Shown one piece after another: positions 60,472 through 64,000 of a stretch of DNA of 64,000 nt. The stretch is from Candidatus Latescibacterota bacterium (lineage in GTDB: Bacteria > Krumholzibacteriota > Krumholzibacteriia > WVZY01): assembly GCA_963791045.1 (NCBI GenBank), contig CAWBQK010000001.1, positions 96,001 to 160,000 of the forward strand, read 5' to 3'. The notes beneath the pieces are model-generated. The model saw nothing but the letters and a program-made list of their open reading frames with translations. It was not told where the DNA came from and ran no database searches. The position numbers and the translations under genes are program-made. Every line of letters begins with the position of its first letter. Within the stretch, counting starts at the first letter, position 1.

Positions 60472-60547
60472 TGGTGGAGATAACCGGGCTCGAACCGGTA
60501 ACCTCCGCCTTGCAAGGCCGGCGCTCTCCCAGTTGAGCTATATCCCC
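60472..60547 (-). tRNA. tRNA-Ala(TGC)
   Basis: GGGGATATAGCTCAACTGGGAGAGCG..TGC..GGTTCGAGCCC..CCACCA, 76 nt, CCA encoded. Confidence 0.96.
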
Positions 60548-60570
60548 GAAGAAGTTCGTTTCCAAGAACC

Positions 60571-60647
<77 letters not shown>

Positions 60648-60807
60648 GATAACCATTATCTCTGGTTCCGGAAAATTCCAGAAACGTTATCGAATAGTGT
60701 GTGAGGAGTTCATTAAACGAGATCTGTCGACCTAGGAGTTTCCTGTAAATCGCGAACGACACGCGTCACGCAAGACACCCAGACCGTGAGCTTACACCGA
60801 CGTAACT

Positions 60808-62373
<1,566 letters not shown>

Positions 62374-62616
62374 AGAGTTTTAATCATGATCCCAACACAT
62401 CGACCAGCAACCCTCGATCTTAGCGACAAAAAAACCTGCTCACGCGATACGAGATCGACGCGGCAGAGCTTTTAAATGTCGACGAGATCTCAATGAGAAT
62501 TACCAGATCAATTGCTGGGCTTTTTTACAGGGATTGGTTGGCCAACACCGGAGTAAATAAATACTCCAGCACGGACCACAAACCCCGCAAAGTTTGAACT
62601 CCTCACATACTACCGA

Positions 62617-62630
62617 GTTGTCAAAGAACA
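62617..62630 (-). promoter_or_regulatory. boxA antitermination element in the rrn leader
   Basis: TGTTCTTTGACAAC. Confidence 0.7.
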
Positions 62631-62706
62631 TAGAGACAGACCGGTCTAAAACCCCAGTCTGAACCTAAGGAACAATAGCTGTTTCCGTTATTGTTGAGGT
62701 GAGACG

Positions 62707-62735
62707 AATATATCCGTAACCCAAAGATATGTCAA
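62707..62735 (-). promoter_or_regulatory. rrn sigma70 promoter
   Basis: TTGACA-N17-TATATT with an AT-rich upstream tract. Confidence 0.75.
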
Positions 62736-62958
62736 GCGCTAAAATCCAATTATTTCAGAGTTTTTTGGGCTCCTTTTGTCGATCTTGGTAGAATTATTCC
62801 CATATATCGCACATGCGCCCTCAAGAGCGAATTGCCCAGCGACGCAGCAGCCTAACGACAATAAATACAGTTAGTTATGAAATCACCCAACAGGCATGGG
62901 GGGGTGGGCGGGCAGCTTAGGGGCACCATCAGGACGCCAAGGCCCACGGGAAAGGCCA

Positions 62959-64000
62959 TCAGTCGACACGAACCTTCACAAATCGTCTCTTCCCCACCTT
63001 GATTGTGTATACGGCCCCCGATTCAAGAGTGAGATTCATATCCGTTATCTTCGAACCATTAACACTTACCGCGCCCTGCTTGATCATCCTGCGCGCGTCC
63101 GACGAGCTTTTACACACCCCTGAGTCGGCAATCGCTTTCACAACCCACAATCCTTCCACGCCCGCGGCAATCGTTACCTCGTCGATATCCTCAGGCGTAT
63201 CGTGCTTTACGTGGATGTGATCGAAGTGTGCCTCCGCCTTCGCCGCCGCGTCTTCGTCGTGATACTGCGCCGCGATGTCACGGGCAAGGTCGCGCTTTAT
63301 GTGAGACGGGTTTGTCGACGGATCCTTCAGACGTTCTGTGATCTCCGCGATCTCTTCGGATGATTTCGAACTGACGAGTTCGAAGTACTTCAATATAAGT
63401 CCGTCGGGAATGCTCATCGTCTTGCCGAACATCTCTTCCGGCGTGTCCGTAACCCCGATGTAGTTGCCCAGCGATTTGCTCATCTTTTCAACGCCGTCGG
63501 TTCCTTCCAGCAGCGGCAGGGTCAGAATGACCTGCGGCTCCTGCCCATAGCTCTTTTGGATTTCCCGCGCCATGAGAAGATTGAACATCTGGTCGGTACC
63601 GCCCAACTCGACATCCGCTTTCAACGCGACGGAATCATACCCCTGCGCGAGCGGGTAAACGAACTCCAGGAGACTGATCGGCTTGTTGGCCTTGAAACGC
63701 TTCTCGAAATCATCTCTCTCGAGCATCCGCGCCACGGTCTGCGTGGCCGCAAGTTCGAGCACGTCGACAAAATTGAGTTTCGCCAGCCAGTTGCTGTTAA
63801 ATTCGATAACCGTCTTGTCACGATCGAGAATCATGAACGCCTGTGTCGTGTATGTCTCCGCGTTCTTGACCAGATCCTCCCGCGTCATTCTCACACGGGT
63901 TTCGCTCTTACCGCTCGGATCGCCAATCAAACCGGTAAAATCACCGACGAGAAAAACAACCTTGTGCCCGAGATCCTGGAACTGGCGGAGCTTCCTGAGC
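62959..64000 (-). CDS. tyrS: Tyrosine--tRNA ligase, 5'-partial
   Basis: GDFTGLIGDPSGK, YPLAQGYDS, ELGGTDQ.FN, KMSKS, C-terminal S4 domain. Confidence 0.97.
   Translation of the reverse strand, partial: LRKLRQFQDLGHKVVFLVGDFTGLIGDPSGKSETRVRMTREDLVKNAETYTTQAFMILDRDKTVIEFNSNWLAKLNFVDVLELAATQTVARMLERDDFEKRFKANKPISLLEFVYPLAQGYDSVALKADVELGGTDQMFNLLMAREIQKSYGQEPQVILTLPLLEGTDGVEKMSKSLGNYIGVTDTPEEMFGKTMSIPDGLILKYFELVSSKSSEEIAEITERLKDPSTNPSHIKRDLARDIAAQYHDEDAAAKAEAHFDHIHVKHDTPEDIDEVTIAAGVEGLWVVKAIADSGVCKSSSDARRMIKQGAVSVNGSKITDMNLTLESGAVYTIKVGKRRFVKVRVD

Overview
GC-rich bacterial chromosome segment, probably from an FCB-group lineage outside Bacteroidota; this is inferred from a gingipain-like C25 protease, a FlgD/T9SS-like C-terminal domain and PorV/PorZ-like genes, and the full 16S gene here would settle it. 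From left to right the window holds: a C25 peptidase running off the left edge; a fusA2-yebC-ruvCAB-queA operon; a dispersed surface-glycan region (three GT4, one GT2, Wzz, two Wzy/WaaL-like, three GT-C-like, Wzx) mixed with T9SS-like genes; an HNH endonuclease segment bounded by a duplicated gene end; pruA, archease, ClC and nadE; an uncharacterised helical gene pair; an AmmeMemoRadiSam operon; a Wolinella-type frdCAB and a large MscS gene carrying a cluster of single-base frameshifts (probably sequencing errors); rpmB-rpmG; a complete rRNA operon (16S, tRNA-Ile, tRNA-Ala, 23S, 5S) on the minus strand; and tyrS running off the right edge. The strongest leads are: (1) an AmmeMemoRadiSam operon whose three products all appear to act outside the cytoplasm; (2) a 1.7 kb HNH segment between two copies of the same glycosyltransferase C-terminal peptide; (3) an unrecognised bipartite motif shared by two 5' leaders; (4) a palindromic repeat read in frame inside a membrane-protein gene. 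All calls come from motif recognition by eye; no searches were run.
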